A DNA stretch of 64,000 bases from an uncultured Methanoregulaceae archaeon (GCA_963717525.1 OY970343.1:2208001-2272000), one strand, 5' to 3'. Shown: positions 11,148 through 22,355, counted from the stretch's first letter. Notes: a model not told the origin generated them from the letters alone. Program-made: numbers and translations.

Positions 11148-11342
11148 GTGGGAGATCCAACCGGTTACTACAAGTTTACTGATGACTTTCCTAGTGTAGC
11201 CGAGATAGAGAAATGGGTTGCCGGGCACCCGAACGCCGAGCAGCTTGCACAGATCATCGCCCGGTCGTACGATTACATACAGAAGTTACCCCTCAAAGGG
11301 GTCCAGGAAAAATATTTTGATGATGATCTCTCGTTAGCCTGA
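11148..11342 (+). CDS. Small hypothetical protein or gene remnant
   Basis: 64-aa GTG-start ORF after an AT-rich stretch; no family recognised. Confidence 0.35.
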   Translation: MGDPTGYYKFTDDFPSVAEIEKWVAGHPNAEQLAQIIARSYDYIQKLPLKGVQEKYFDDDLSLA

Positions 11343-11446
11343 GGTCATAACGAGAAGGTTTTGCTGATCGTTCGTCTTTCCTTCCTGCCGGAACACAGGA
11401 GATATACAATTATCCAGCACACAGGTATCCTGCGGAAGCGATCCAC

Positions 11447-12686
11447 ATGACAGGCCGGTCCCGGGAAAAATCTCCTGCATTCCACATGTACCTCGCAGGA
11501 TTCCATGGCCCGTCCGGAGAGCCTCTGGGGGTGAATCAGACCCCCGGCCCGAATCACATCCGGCAGTACACCGGGGAGTTCTGGACGTCCCGCCAGCGCC
11601 AGGCCTCCTCCCTCCATGAGATCTCCTACCGTGCCTGCTTCAAGCCCCAGCTGCCCGGATTTTTTATTGGGCTGCTCACCAGGGAGGGCGATGTCGTGTA
11701 TGACCCGTTTGGCGGACGGGGGACCACTGCACTCGAGGCCGGGCTCCTCGGCCGGCGGGTGATTGCAAATGATGTAAACCCGCTCTCGAAGATCCTTACC
11801 GAACCACGGCTTTCCCCCCCTCGTGCGGAGGAAGTGGTCGGGCGACTCGAAGCCATTCCCCGGGATGGTGACCGGGCAGACCGCGATCTCTCCATGTTTT
11901 ACCACCCGGATACCGAGCGTGAGATTGTGGCACTGCGCCGGTACCTGCTCGGGCGAAGGGAGGATGGCACCGCCGATGCGGTTGATCGCTGGATCGCGAT
12001 GGTGGCGACCAACCGGCTCGACCGGGCATTCGAGCGGTTTTTTCTCGGTCTATACCCTCCCCCCCAACCAGGCGGTATCGCAGAAAAGCCAGGAGAGGAT
12101 CAACCGGAAACGACGCCAGGTGCCGGAATACCGGGATACCCACCGGCTCATCGTGCGCAAGACAAAGAGCCTTGTTTCCGGCCTGACCGCTGCCGACATC
12201 GAGAACCTTCACCGCGCCGGCGTGGATGCCCAGTTCTTTACCGGTGACGCCCGGGCGACACCGGGCATCGGCCCGGATACGGTCCGGCTCACCGTTACGT
12301 CGCCGCCGTTCCTGGATATCGTCCAGTACCGGGAAGATAACTGGCTCCGGTGCTGGTTCTGCGGGCTTGACGAAGACGCCATCGGGCGCACCGTGACGAT
12401 GGCGCGGACAATCGGTGACTGGGAAGTGGTGATGGGGGAGGTGTTCAGGGAGCTGTTCCGTATCACCATGCCCGAAGGCTATGTGGCATTCGAAGTAGGT
12501 GAAGTGCGAAAAAAGACCGTCCGCCTCGAAGAACACGTGGTTCCGCTCGGCATCGACGCCGGGTTTACCGGTGAAGGTATCATCATCAACCAGCAGTCCT
12601 TCTCGAAGACCTCCCATATCTGGGGGGTCGGGAACAACCAGTCCGGCACCAACACAAACAGGATCGTGGTCTTTTCCAAGCCGTAG
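11447..12686 (+). CDS. Amino-group (N4-C/N6-A) DNA methyltransferase; +1 indel near 12020
   Basis: Motif I DPFGGRGTT in ORF 11447-12247 and motif IV TSPPF in ORF 11823-12686; removing one base joins them as NRLTGHSSGFF. Confidence 0.8.
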
Positions 12687-12810
12687 GCACCCCGGCCTTT
12701 TTTGTCATTTCTGCCCTTATCTTTGAATGCGGCTTGGAATCTCTCCGCAGTCCTCCGGCCGGTGCGGAGAATAAGCCAGTGTTAAGTATCCCGGGTGCCA
12801 AACTGTATCC

Positions 12811-14468
12811 ATGGTCACCCGTATCCGGCGGTATGCGCAGATCATCGATATCCTGTGGAAGTACGGTTTTGGTATTGCACTGGAGAAAGCGTTCCCGGGC
12901 AAGACCCGTTTCCGCCTTCCCGGGACGGAGCAGGCGCAGCCGGACCAGTCCACGGTGTATGAACGGGTGCGTCTCGCTCTTGAAGAGCTCGGGCCCACTT
13001 TTGTGAAATTCGGGCAGATCATGAGTACGAGGACGGAGATCTTCCCCCGGAGCTCATCACCCAGCTCAAGAAACTCCAGGATCATGCAAAACCGTTGCCG
13101 TTCTCTGAAGTCATCGGCGTGATACGGCAGACCTGCCCGAACCTGGAAGACTGGTTCTGCGAGATCGACGAGGCGCCGGTAGCGTCGGCCTCGATCGGGC
13201 AGGTTCATCGCGCGGTCCTCAAAGACGGGACCGTTGTCGCTCTTAAGGTCCAGCGCCCCGGGATACCGGAAGTTATCGAGAACGACCTCGCCATCCTCCA
13301 GTCCATGGCCGAGAGGATCGAGGCAGTCTTTCCCGAAAGCCGGATGTACAACCCCGCAGGCCTCGTGCAGGACTTCGCCACCCAGATAAGAAAAGAACTA
13401 GACTTCACCCGCGATGGCAGGAATGCGGAGCGGATGGCTCGCAACTTCCGGGACGTGCCGGGGATCCACTTCCCGAAGATCTACTGGGAATATTCATCCT
13501 CCCGGCTGCTCGTCATGGAGTTTGTTAAAGGTGTAAGGATCGACAATGTCGAGGCGATCACCGCACAGGGAAGCGACCCGCACGATATTGCGGTCCGGGG
13601 CTTCAACGCGTACCTGAAGATGATCTTCGAGGACGGATTTTTCCACGGTGATCCCCATCCCGGCAACCTGCTCATTTCGGAGATGGGAGACCTAGTCTTC
13701 CTTGACTTCGGCATTGTAGGGGTATTGCGCCCGGAGAAAAAGCAGCTCTTCATCAACCTGCTCTTTGCCATGACGACCGATGACGTCGACATGATCTTAA
13801 AGACGCTCGAAGGCTTTGGGATCTTTGTCGCCGAGGAAAACCGCGAAGCGCTCCGGGACGACCTCTACCTCATGCTGCACGATTTCGGCGGTGGGGACGA
13901 GATTGCCCAGTTCAATTTCGGCCTCATGATCAACGAGCTCACCGAGGTGATGCGGCGGTACAGCCTCAAGGTTCCCATGAGCCTTATGCTCCTGTTAAAG
14001 ACGCTCGTTATGGTCTTTGATGTGGCCGTCAGGCTTGACCCCAAGTTCAGCTTTGGCGGTGAAATTACGCCATACCTGCGCAAGCTTGCTGACTCCAACG
14101 TGCTCTCTGCCGGCTACATGAAGCGGGCGTCCAATTCGCTCCTTGAAGCGGTCGATGCGGCCTTTGACCTGCCCCGCAACGTAAACCTGATGCTCAAGCG
14201 CCTCTCGACCGGGACCGTCCGGCTCGAAGTGGTCGATACTGACTTAAAGAAACTCCAGATGGCACTTGACCGGGCCAGCGACAAGATCATGATAGGTCTC
14301 GTGGTGGCCGCGCTCGTGGTCGGGTCATCACTCGTGCTCCAGGCCTCGGCCATCGCCATACCAAAGGAGGTCATATGGGTTGCCATACTCGGTTATACCG
14401 CGGCGGTGCTCTGCGGGTTTTACGCGATCTATCATGTCATATTCCTGAAACTGCGGCTTGAGCGGTGA
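12811..14468 (+). CDS. AarF/ABC1/UbiB-family kinase; -1 indel in the C run near 13045
   Basis: LEELGPTFVKFGQ in the first frame; ASASIGQVH, VALKVQRP, FHGDPHPGN and DFG in the second; two C-terminal TM helices. Confidence 0.9.
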
Positions 14469-14489
14469 AGCCAGGGGGTCCATCTCTTT

Positions 14490-14996
14490 TTACCGATAGC
14501 GCTGCGTGCGGATGCATGCCCAGTGCTGTGCTTTTTGTGCCAGGCTCATGCGGGCGTACGCGGGACTGGTCGACGGCAGAATGATACCGGGCAATCCCGG
14601 GTTCATCCTTTTAAAGTAACGGCCGGCGGCGTTCCCGTTGAGTGCGATGCACCGGATTGTCGGGTGCACCGCGACAAACCCCCGGATATCGTTGGGGACC
14701 GGGTTCCGGATCGCGGTGTCCGCGCTCCTTTCGCGGGTGCAGGTACGAAGGACGTCCCAGAGTGCGATCCGGCGCTCTTTGAGCAGGGAAGTGCGGACGG
14801 TATAGGACATGGTGTGGTCAATCCCCAGTCGTAGTTCCATAATCTTCCAGAACTGGTTTTGCGGGTTGCCGTAATACTCACCCTTCGCAAGCGACTGGCG
14901 GCTTGGATAACTTCCGAGAATGAGGATCTCAGGGTCCGTGCCGGCGATGGGGGCGAGGCCGGGTTTTCCTGAGGGAGCGGGTGCCGTTCTGATCAT
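14490..14996 (-). CDS. DNA-deoxyinosine glycosylase (UDG superfamily)
   Basis: LILGSYPS, YYGNPQNQFW, LWDV and LPSTSPA motifs. Confidence 0.85.
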   Translation of the reverse strand: MIRTAPAPSGKPGLAPIAGTDPEILILGSYPSRQSLAKGEYYGNPQNQFWKIMELRLGIDHTMSYTVRTSLLKERRIALWDVLRTCTRERSADTAIRNPVPNDIRGFVAVHPTIRCIALNGNAAGRYFKRMNPGLPGIILPSTSPAYARMSLAQKAQHWACIRTQRYR

Positions 14997-15027
14997 ACGG
15001 AAAATGCCGGTAAAAGAGAAGGTGCTG

Positions 15028-15309
15028 TTATGGCTTTTTGTAATAGAGCAGGCAGTGGCAGTGTCCTTCTTTTGCGATCTCGTCCTTGTGATAGATGCAC
15101 GGGCATTCTATGGCACGGTCGCGTTCCTCGTCCCCGCTCCGCAGGCGGCAGGGACAGTAGGGTCTCCCGAACTTCTTTTTGTTCCGTACAAGCCCCCGGA
15201 TAACCGTACTCAGGTGGCCTTCTTCGGGGTTGAGATCCCATCCGTTCTTGCGGGCGATCCCCTGCGCCCATTTAAGCATATCAGCTTCCGACTCAGAATC
15301 TTCTGCCAT
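15028..15309 (-). CDS. Ferredoxin:thioredoxin reductase catalytic subunit
   Basis: CPC...CPC...CHC signature. Confidence 0.88.
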   Translation of the reverse strand: MAEDSESEADMLKWAQGIARKNGWDLNPEEGHLSTVIRGLVRNKKKFGRPYCPCRLRSGDEERDRAIECPCIYHKDEIAKEGHCHCLLYYKKP

Positions 15310-15356
15310 GGTAGTCCGCCTCATCCCGGTGGTTACGAGTATTTTTTTAGGATCTC

Positions 15357-16145
15357 TTATGTGTTGTGGAACTTCTGCCGGGTCCGTTTTGAGGCCTTTT
15401 TTGGTGCTGCCGCTTTCTTTTTTGGCGTGGCGTCCTTTGGTCTCTTTGTGATCCGTGCTGCAACCCGGTTGTAGGTTGCCATCACGTCACCCTTGTTGAA
15501 CCGGTACACATCCTTGTCAAGAGATTCACCGGTCTTCTTGTCCCAGAGGCGCATCGAGTCCATGCTGATCTCGTCACCGAGGTAGATGGTCTTACCCTGT
15601 CGCCCGAACTCCATCTTGAAGTCCACGAGCGTTATACCCTGTTTTGCGAGCAGGGCGGAGAGGATTGTGTTGATCTTGAGCGCAATCGCTTTTATTTTCA
15701 TGAGCTCTGCCGGCGTTGCCAGTTTGAGCGCCACGATCAGGTCATCGTTGAGCATCGGGTCGTGCCGGGAGTCATCCTTGTAATCGATCACGATCACCGG
15801 CGATTTTAGCGGCATACCCTCCCTGAACGGGTAATTTCTCACGATAGACCCAGCGGCAAGGTTCCTTACGATAACCTCCAGCGGGATCATGGAGAGTTCG
15901 CGGACTGCCATCCTGTTCCCGTCCAGCATCTCAAGAAAATGTGTCTTTACCCCGTTCTTCTCAAGGCAGGAAAAGAAGAATGCCGAGACGCCGGCATTGT
16001 AACTGCCCTTGTTTTTCAGCGTATCTTTCCTGCCACCGTCAAACGCGGTGATGTCATCGCGGAACTCGACAATCAGCGTTCCTTTCACGTCGGTGTGATA
16101 GACAGATTTGGCCTTGCCGGTATAGAGGAGTTTTTTCTGCTTCAC
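15357..16145 (-). CDS. purC: SAICAR synthetase
   Basis: LYTGKAK, IPLEVIVRN, LVDFKMEFG and SLDKDVYR; GTG start overlaps the cofG stop. Confidence 0.95.
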   Translation of the reverse strand: MKQKKLLYTGKAKSVYHTDVKGTLIVEFRDDITAFDGGRKDTLKNKGSYNAGVSAFFFSCLEKNGVKTHFLEMLDGNRMAVRELSMIPLEVIVRNLAAGSIVRNYPFREGMPLKSPVIVIDYKDDSRHDPMLNDDLIVALKLATPAELMKIKAIALKINTILSALLAKQGITLVDFKMEFGRQGKTIYLGDEISMDSMRLWDKKTGESLDKDVYRFNKGDVMATYNRVAARITKRPKDATPKKKAAAPKKASKRTRQKFHNT

Positions 16146-17131
16146 GGTTGGGCGCTCCCTCCTCTCATACATTGGTCGAGCCGGTTTATTAGGGGTTGCA
16201 GGCCGGGGTCGTACCAGCCCATGCGGATGAACCGGGGGTAGATGCAGAGGCGCTCTTTGAGTGTCGCATCGCCCACGATCTTTCTGAGTTCATCAAGTGC
16301 AGGCCAGGGGTGCTCCGGGTTGACATAATCGATGGTGACCGGGGATATGCCCCCCAAGTCGTCGACCCCGCACCCGATGAGCCGGGAGGCATCGATGAGG
16401 TTGGGAGCTACCTGGATAGCGATCTCTTGGGGGAGGATCCGGCGTGCCATTTTTATCGTGTCACAGATCTCCTGCGTTTCCGGAACCCGGAACGCGGCCA
16501 TTGGGGTGTCGTTCTTGGGACAGAAGTTCTGGAGGATGATCTCCTGGATGTGCCCGTACTTCCGGTGGATGTCCCGGATTGCAATAAGCGAAGCTTCGCG
16601 ATCGGCTACGGTCTCCCCGATGCCAAGGAGCAGGCCGGTGGTGAACGGAATTTTGAGTTTTCCTGCGTCCTCCATCATCGCAAGGCGCACTTCCGGTTCT
16701 TTTCCCTTCGATCCGTTGTGTGCTGGTATCCGTGCTGTGGTTTCGAGCATCAGCCCCATGCTGGCATTCACGGCCCGGAGCCGCTTCATCTCGTCATACG
16801 TGAGGATGCCGGCATTCGTATGCGGGAGGATCCCGTGCCGTATGGCGAGCCGGCACATCGCCTCGCAGTAATCGAGGATAGTGTCATACCCGGTCTTTTT
16901 CAGGTATGCATCAAACCCCGGTTCTTCCTCCGGGTGCTCGCCAAAAGTAAAGAGCGCCTCGGTACAGCCGGCCTCTCTCCCGCGCACAAGGACGCTCTCC
17001 ACCTCATCCGGCAGCATGAGGCAACCGTCCTGGACAGGAGTGCGGAATGAGCAGTACCCGCACCGGTTGCGGCAGACGCTGGTGAGCGGCAGAAAAACGT
17101 TTTTTGTAAAGGTGATCACCCGGTGCTGCAT
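16142..17131 (-). CDS. cofG: FO synthase subunit CofG (radical SAM)
   Basis: CRNRCGYC, GCTEALFTFGE, PHTNAG, NASMGLMLE and DDLGGISP. Confidence 0.93.
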   Translation of the reverse strand: MQHRVITFTKNVFLPLTSVCRNRCGYCSFRTPVQDGCLMLPDEVESVLVRGREAGCTEALFTFGEHPEEEPGFDAYLKKTGYDTILDYCEAMCRLAIRHGILPHTNAGILTYDEMKRLRAVNASMGLMLETTARIPAHNGSKGKEPEVRLAMMEDAGKLKIPFTTGLLLGIGETVADREASLIAIRDIHRKYGHIQEIILQNFCPKNDTPMAAFRVPETQEICDTIKMARRILPQEIAIQVAPNLIDASRLIGCGVDDLGGISPVTIDYVNPEHPWPALDELRKIVGDATLKERLCIYPRFIRMGWYDPGLQPLINRLDQCMRGGSAQP

Positions 17132-17273
17132 ACAATACGGTTCCTTTTGCACAGGTTAAAAACTGGCGGCAGAGGCAGTATACCTGCGGGCATGCGCCAC
17201 TGCCGGATGGCATTTATATGATCCCGGCGAGATAGAATGTTCATAGGATACCAGGATTATCCCGTGATACGCC

Positions 17274-18326
17274 GTGATCCCCCTCATTATCATCGATGCA
17301 AAGCTCGACCGCTGTGCAGCGCTTGGAGACTACCTTGCCCGTGCCGGTGCGTACCGCGTGATTACCTCCGCTTCACCCGAGGTGACCATCAGCCGGAGCC
17401 TCGTTGCCGCCCGGGGCGTGGTGATCGCTGTCCAGGATGAGGGAGGAAACGGCATCCTGTTTTTGAGGAATCTGCGGGAGAAAAAGATTGATCTCCCGGT
17501 AATTATCCTCGCTGCAGCGTATGATCCGGACGATTTCCGCATCGCGGTGGCAAACCGCGCAGAGTATATGGTCATGGCAGGGGCCCCGAATTCCTGGTAC
17601 CCGGTGCTCGTGCAGCTGGTTGAGAAGGTGTCATCCATCCGACGGGCACAGGACGAGGTGGCGTTCCTTAACAAAAAACTCGACCTTGTCGGGAGTGTCA
17701 CCCGTCACGACGTGATCAACCAGCTTACTGCGGTCAGCGGATATACCGAATTGCTGGAAATGGTCGTTACTGATCCGCAGATGAAATCGTACATTGAAAA
17801 AGAACGCTTCGCTCTTGATAAGATCCGGCGGCAGTTCCAGTTCGCAAAGGACTACCAGAACCTCGGGACCGAGCATCCGGTCTGGCAGCCCCTCTCATCC
17901 GTGATCCGGCGTGCCACTGATCTCGTGACCATAAAAGGTGTCACCATCACGGATACCTGCGGAAATGCGTCCGTCTTTGCCGACCCGGTCCTTGAAAAGG
18001 CCATGGCCCAGCTGCTTGATAACGCCCTTCGCCACGGTCGCACGGTCACGGAGATCCGCATATCAGTGCAGGACGTTGAGATGGGGGGGCTTCTTGTTAT
18101 CGAGGACAATGGTGCCGGTATCCCGGCTGCCGACAAGGACCGGATCTTCGAGCGCGGGTTTGGCAGGTATACCGGGTGGGGGCTTTTTCTTACCCGGGAG
18201 ATGCTTGCGCTCACCGGTATGACGATTGCCGAGACAGGGGTGCCGGGCAAGGGTGCACGGTTCGAGATCCATATCCCCCCCGAATCATACCGGAAAGAAG
18301 GCAGCGGAAAAACGGCGGCTGCGTGA
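17274..18326 (+). CDS. Sensor histidine kinase with a degenerate N-terminal receiver-like domain
   Basis: H box TRHDVINQL, N box LLDNALRHG, DNGAGI, IFERGF and GWGL. Confidence 0.88.
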   Translation: MIPLIIIDAKLDRCAALGDYLARAGAYRVITSASPEVTISRSLVAARGVVIAVQDEGGNGILFLRNLREKKIDLPVIILAAAYDPDDFRIAVANRAEYMVMAGAPNSWYPVLVQLVEKVSSIRRAQDEVAFLNKKLDLVGSVTRHDVINQLTAVSGYTELLEMVVTDPQMKSYIEKERFALDKIRRQFQFAKDYQNLGTEHPVWQPLSSVIRRATDLVTIKGVTITDTCGNASVFADPVLEKAMAQLLDNALRHGRTVTEIRISVQDVEMGGLLVIEDNGAGIPAADKDRIFERGFGRYTGWGLFLTREMLALTGMTIAETGVPGKGARFEIHIPPESYRKEGSGKTAAA

Positions 18327-18362
18327 ACGACTGGCGTTGATAGGGATCTGACAGGGATCTTT

Positions 18363-18851
18363 TCACGGATCCCGGATACCCACGTAGATATCCACCTGCG
18401 GGTTCTTTTTATCGGTTAACCGGCTGTCATACACTTCGAAGTCGTAGGTGTACGTCCGGGGCAGGTCAGTTCCCCAGATCCCGGCCCAGATGCTGACCAC
18501 AGCATCCGGCATCGGTCCCCGTGCAGGGAAATATGCATAGGTCTGGGCCGGGATGTGCCGGACGGTCAGGCCCTTGAGCGGGGCCCCGGTTTTTATGACG
18601 CCACAACCGAGAAGATAGCTGTACTCGCCGGTCCAGTCTGACGCATAGTCAGAGTACACCGCGTACATCACCGGCGGGACGATCCGGTGGGGGACGCGTG
18701 CCGCCACACGAGTTGCAAGAAATTCTTTCCAGCAGGCCGGGATATCAGAAACGCTCCTGCCATCAGCGTTGCAGGTCCGGTACTCGATCCCTACAACTGT
18801 ACGTGCAGGGAGCCTGACGGTTGTATAAGGTGGCGCTTCCATATTGCACAT
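18363..18851 (-). CDS. GyrI-like small-molecule-binding protein
   Basis: VVGIEYRT, YAVYSDY, IPAQTYA and DFEVYD...VDIYV. Confidence 0.8.
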   Translation of the reverse strand: MCNMEAPPYTTVRLPARTVVGIEYRTCNADGRSVSDIPACWKEFLATRVAARVPHRIVPPVMYAVYSDYASDWTGEYSYLLGCGVIKTGAPLKGLTVRHIPAQTYAYFPARGPMPDAVVSIWAGIWGTDLPRTYTYDFEVYDSRLTDKKNPQVDIYVGIRDP

Positions 18852-18946
18852 TATTGCCGGCGGATGATGTTAAAACCTGTATCCCGGGTATGCGTACGGG
18901 AGAAATCAGCACCTTTTTTTGATCGTCCTGCATATGAGCGTATCAC

Positions 18947-19590
18947 ATGTGTCCCCATGCACTGATTCCCTTTAAGCCAGCGGGTCCCAAGAGCCGCTCT
19001 CCGGGATACTCTCACCGGAGGAGCGGGAAGCATTTGCCCGTGCGATGCTCGAGGACGTTATCGCTGCGGCAAAGGATGCGAACTGCAGCCCGGTGATCGT
19101 TGCAACCGAGCTCTACGATTCCGAGGACATCCAGGTTACCATCGCAGACAAGGACCTGAGCGGGGCGTTAAACGAGGTGCTCTCGCAGGCAGTAGGGTCG
19201 GTCCTGATCCTCATGGCCGACCTCCCTCTCGCCACCGGGCCGGCTATCCAGCGGGTAGTCACTACAAAAAGCAATATTGCGATCGTCCCCGGAAGGGGCG
19301 GGGGAACAAATGCGATCTTTGTGGCCGAACCTGCAAAATTCCACGTCGATTACTACGGGATGAGTTTTTCAAAGCACCTGCGAATCGCACAGGAAGCCGG
19401 GCTTTCCTGTGAGGTGATCGATTCGTTCCTGCTCCACACGGACATCGATGAAGAGGAAGACCTGGTAGAACTCCTGACCCATGGGACGGGTAAAAGCAGG
19501 AAATACCTTGAAGATCTCGGCTTTACCCTCTCCGCAGAGAACGGCCGGGTCAGTGTGAAGCGGAAGAATGTATCCTCTCCGCGTGCCTGA
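18947..19590 (+). CDS. cofC: 2-phospho-L-lactate/PEP guanylyltransferase; -1 indel near 18997
   Basis: N-terminus ALIPFKP..PKSR(L)S..LSPEER..FARAM from ATG 18947 joins the ORF at 19045 carrying MADLP, GGGTNA and DIDEEEDL. Confidence 0.88.
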
Positions 19591-19800
19591 TCCGTTTTTT
19601 CTGGATGACAGTTCAGGCAAACCTTTGCACCGCATACCAAAACCGTCTTCCCTTTTTTCAGGCACCACAATACCCGCTGGTACTCTATCCTAAAGTGCAT
19701 CGTGCGCAAATACATGGAGTGTCAGACAAAATTATCCGGCATATATTCCGGACCGGTGAAGACCTTGGAAACAACAGCACAACCGGAACCAGGTTCCCGC

Positions 19801-21554
19801 ATGCCTGCCGGTGAACCGGCAGCCCCTGCCCGGGAGCCGGGTACAAATGGATCGCGCTCTCGAATACCACGATCGCCATGTTCATGGCGGCGGTGAATGG
19901 GAGTATCATCCTGATCTCCCTTCCCGCGATCTTCAATGGTATCAATATTAACCCGCTCACCTCGTTCCAGTACCTGCTCTGGATCCTGATGGGCTACGGG
20001 ATTGTGACTGCCACCCTTCTCCTCAGTTTCGGGAGGCTCTCGGACATATACGGGCGTGTGAGGCTCTATAATATCGGGTTTGCCATCTTCACGGCAGGCT
20101 CCATTCTTCTTTTCCTGACCCCGGGTACGGGTGACGCCGGGGCAATCGAGCTCATCGTCTTCCGGATCATTCAGGCCATCGGAGCGGCGTTTATCTTCTC
20201 CAACAGTGCAGCGATCCTTACCGATGCATTCCCCCCTGACGAGCGGGGAAAAGCCCTCGGTCTCAACCAGGTGGCGGCACTGTCGGGACAGTTTATCGGC
20301 CTTTTGATCGGCGGGATCCTTGCGGTCTTCAACTGGCGGTACGTCTTTTTGATCAGTGTGCCATTCGGCGTTATCGGGACTATCTGGGCCTTCCTGAAAC
20401 TCAAGGAGCCGGCTTACCAGAAACGCTCCCGGAAGATCGATATCTGGGGGAATCTCTCTTTTATTGGCGGCCTGACCATTTTCCTTGTCGGCATAACCTA
20501 CGCCCTGTTGCCGTATGGCAGTGCATCGATGGGCTGGGGGAACCCATGGGTCATTACCGCGCTCGTGACCGGCGTCCTGCTCCTTGTGGCATTCCCCATC
20601 ATAGAGACCCGTGTCAGTGACCCGATGTTCTGCATGGATCTTTTTAAAATCCGGAACTTTGCCTTCGGGAATGCTGCCGGTTTTATATCAGCCCTTGCCC
20701 GGGGTGGGGTGATGGTCGTGTTGATCATCCTGCTCCAGGGGATCTGGCTGCCGCTGCACGGGTACAGCTTTGAGTCGACGCCGTTCTGGGCCGGGGTCTA
20801 TATGCTGCCGCTTACCATTGGGTTTGTGGTGATGGGCCCGCTTTCCGGTATTATATCAGATAAGTATGGAGCCCGTTGGATCAGCACCCTTGGCATGGTG
20901 CTTGTCGGCATCTCATTTCTGATCCTCGCCATACTGCCGTATAACTTCAGTTACCTCCCCTTTGCCCTGGCCCTCCTGATCATGGGCCTTGGGAACGGGA
21001 TGTTCTCCTCTCCGAACGCAGCGGCGATCATGAATTCCGTGCCCCCTCACCAGCGCGGGGTTACCTCCGGGATGATGTCGACACTCGTGAACTCCGGCTT
21101 TGTCCTCTCCATGGGGATGTTTTTCACGATTATCGTTGTAGGTCTCACGAACGCGTTTCCCCCGGCGTTATCGTCTGCACTCGCTGCTGTAAACGCAACG
21201 CAGCTGGCCCCTGCGCTCAGCGCCATACCCCCGACCGGTGCGTTGTTTGCGGCATTCCTTGGGTATAACCCGGTCCAGATGACCATGACCGCACTCTCCC
21301 CGGCTCTGCTTGCCACCGTCGCTCCGGCGACCATTGCTACCCTCACCGGTGTGGTCTGGTTTCCGGCGACACTCGCAGGGGCCTTCATGCCCTCACTGGC
21401 ACTTTCATTTTACATCGGCGCAGGGATCTCATTTGTCGCTGCGGTGCTCTGCGCGATGCGGGGCGAAAAATATGTCGAGGAGATCGATGGGACTGCCCGG
21501 ACCAATGGTTCCGGCACCGATCCGCAAGAAGTATCTGGAGTGAATGTCAAGTAG
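19801..21554 (+). CDS. MFS transporter (DHA2-like); probable -1 indel near 19839, start uncertain
   Basis: GRLSDIYGR and [11 protein letters not shown], many TM helices; in-frame [10 protein letters not shown] upstream of 19878 shows the true start is earlier. Confidence 0.88.
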
Positions 21555-21590
21555 GAGTGTCTGAATTAAAAAGGGGAGGTACATCGTTCG

Positions 21591-22022
21591 ATGACTGAAG
21601 AACTGTTTGGCAGGATCCTGATCGCAACGGACGGCTCAGAGAAGAACCGGGCAGCCCTTGAAGAAGGAATAAGGGTTGCGCGTGCATGCCGGGCTTCTGT
21701 GTTTGTGGCCTACGTAATCGATACCGGCACGTTCTCAACGATGTCGGGGGATATCCCACTCGGGGATACCTACCGCGTTTTCAAGAGTGAGGCAGAGCAG
21801 GCATTTGCCCGGATTCACTCCCTGGCCGGCGATATGAATGTTGAGACTGCGATCCTTGAGGGTCGTCCTGCAACCGAGATGGTGAAGTTTGCCGCGAGAA
21901 AAAAGATCGACCTGATCGTGATCGGAACGCAGGGAAAACGGGGGCTGGAACGCCTCCTCTTGGGGAGCGTGGCAGAAGAGATCATACGCTCTGCTCCCTG
22001 CAAGGTGCTCGTGGTGAAGTGA
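21591..22022 (+). CDS. Universal stress protein
   Basis: ILIATDGS and DLIVIGTQG...LLGSVAE..IRSAPCKVLVV. Confidence 0.93.
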   Translation: MTEELFGRILIATDGSEKNRAALEEGIRVARACRASVFVAYVIDTGTFSTMSGDIPLGDTYRVFKSEAEQAFARIHSLAGDMNVETAILEGRPATEMVKFAARKKIDLIVIGTQGKRGLERLLLGSVAEEIIRSAPCKVLVVK

Positions 22023-22094
22023 CCTCTCCCCTTTTTGCACCGGACTTTTTTGTCATGCACACGTCTTTAAAAGCCCGGCATCCACCTGTATGTA

Positions 22095-22355
22095 ATGTTC
22101 CTTCCTGACTGGTTTACCCCCATTCTCATCGGGATTGATGTGCTGGTGGTAATCTACGGGCTCCGGGTAGCCGTCACCGGGAAAAAGGCGTATGGCTGGT
22201 TCCTTGCGCTGGCGTTCTTTTTATTTGGCCTCAAGGAAATGCTGCCCTATAACGGGGTTAACCTGCCCCCCGTCCCTGTGCTGGTCCTGTCTGTCGCCGG
22301 TCTTGCCTCTGCGCTCTTTGCGTTTTACCTGCTCGTCAAATCGCTTCCCTCGTAA
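22095..22355 (+). CDS. Small 3-TM hypothetical membrane protein
   Basis: Three hydrophobic segments; similar to 53076-53345. Confidence 0.7.
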   Translation: MFLPDWFTPILIGIDVLVVIYGLRVAVTGKKAYGWFLALAFFLFGLKEMLPYNGVNLPPVPVLVLSVAGLASALFAFYLLVKSLPS

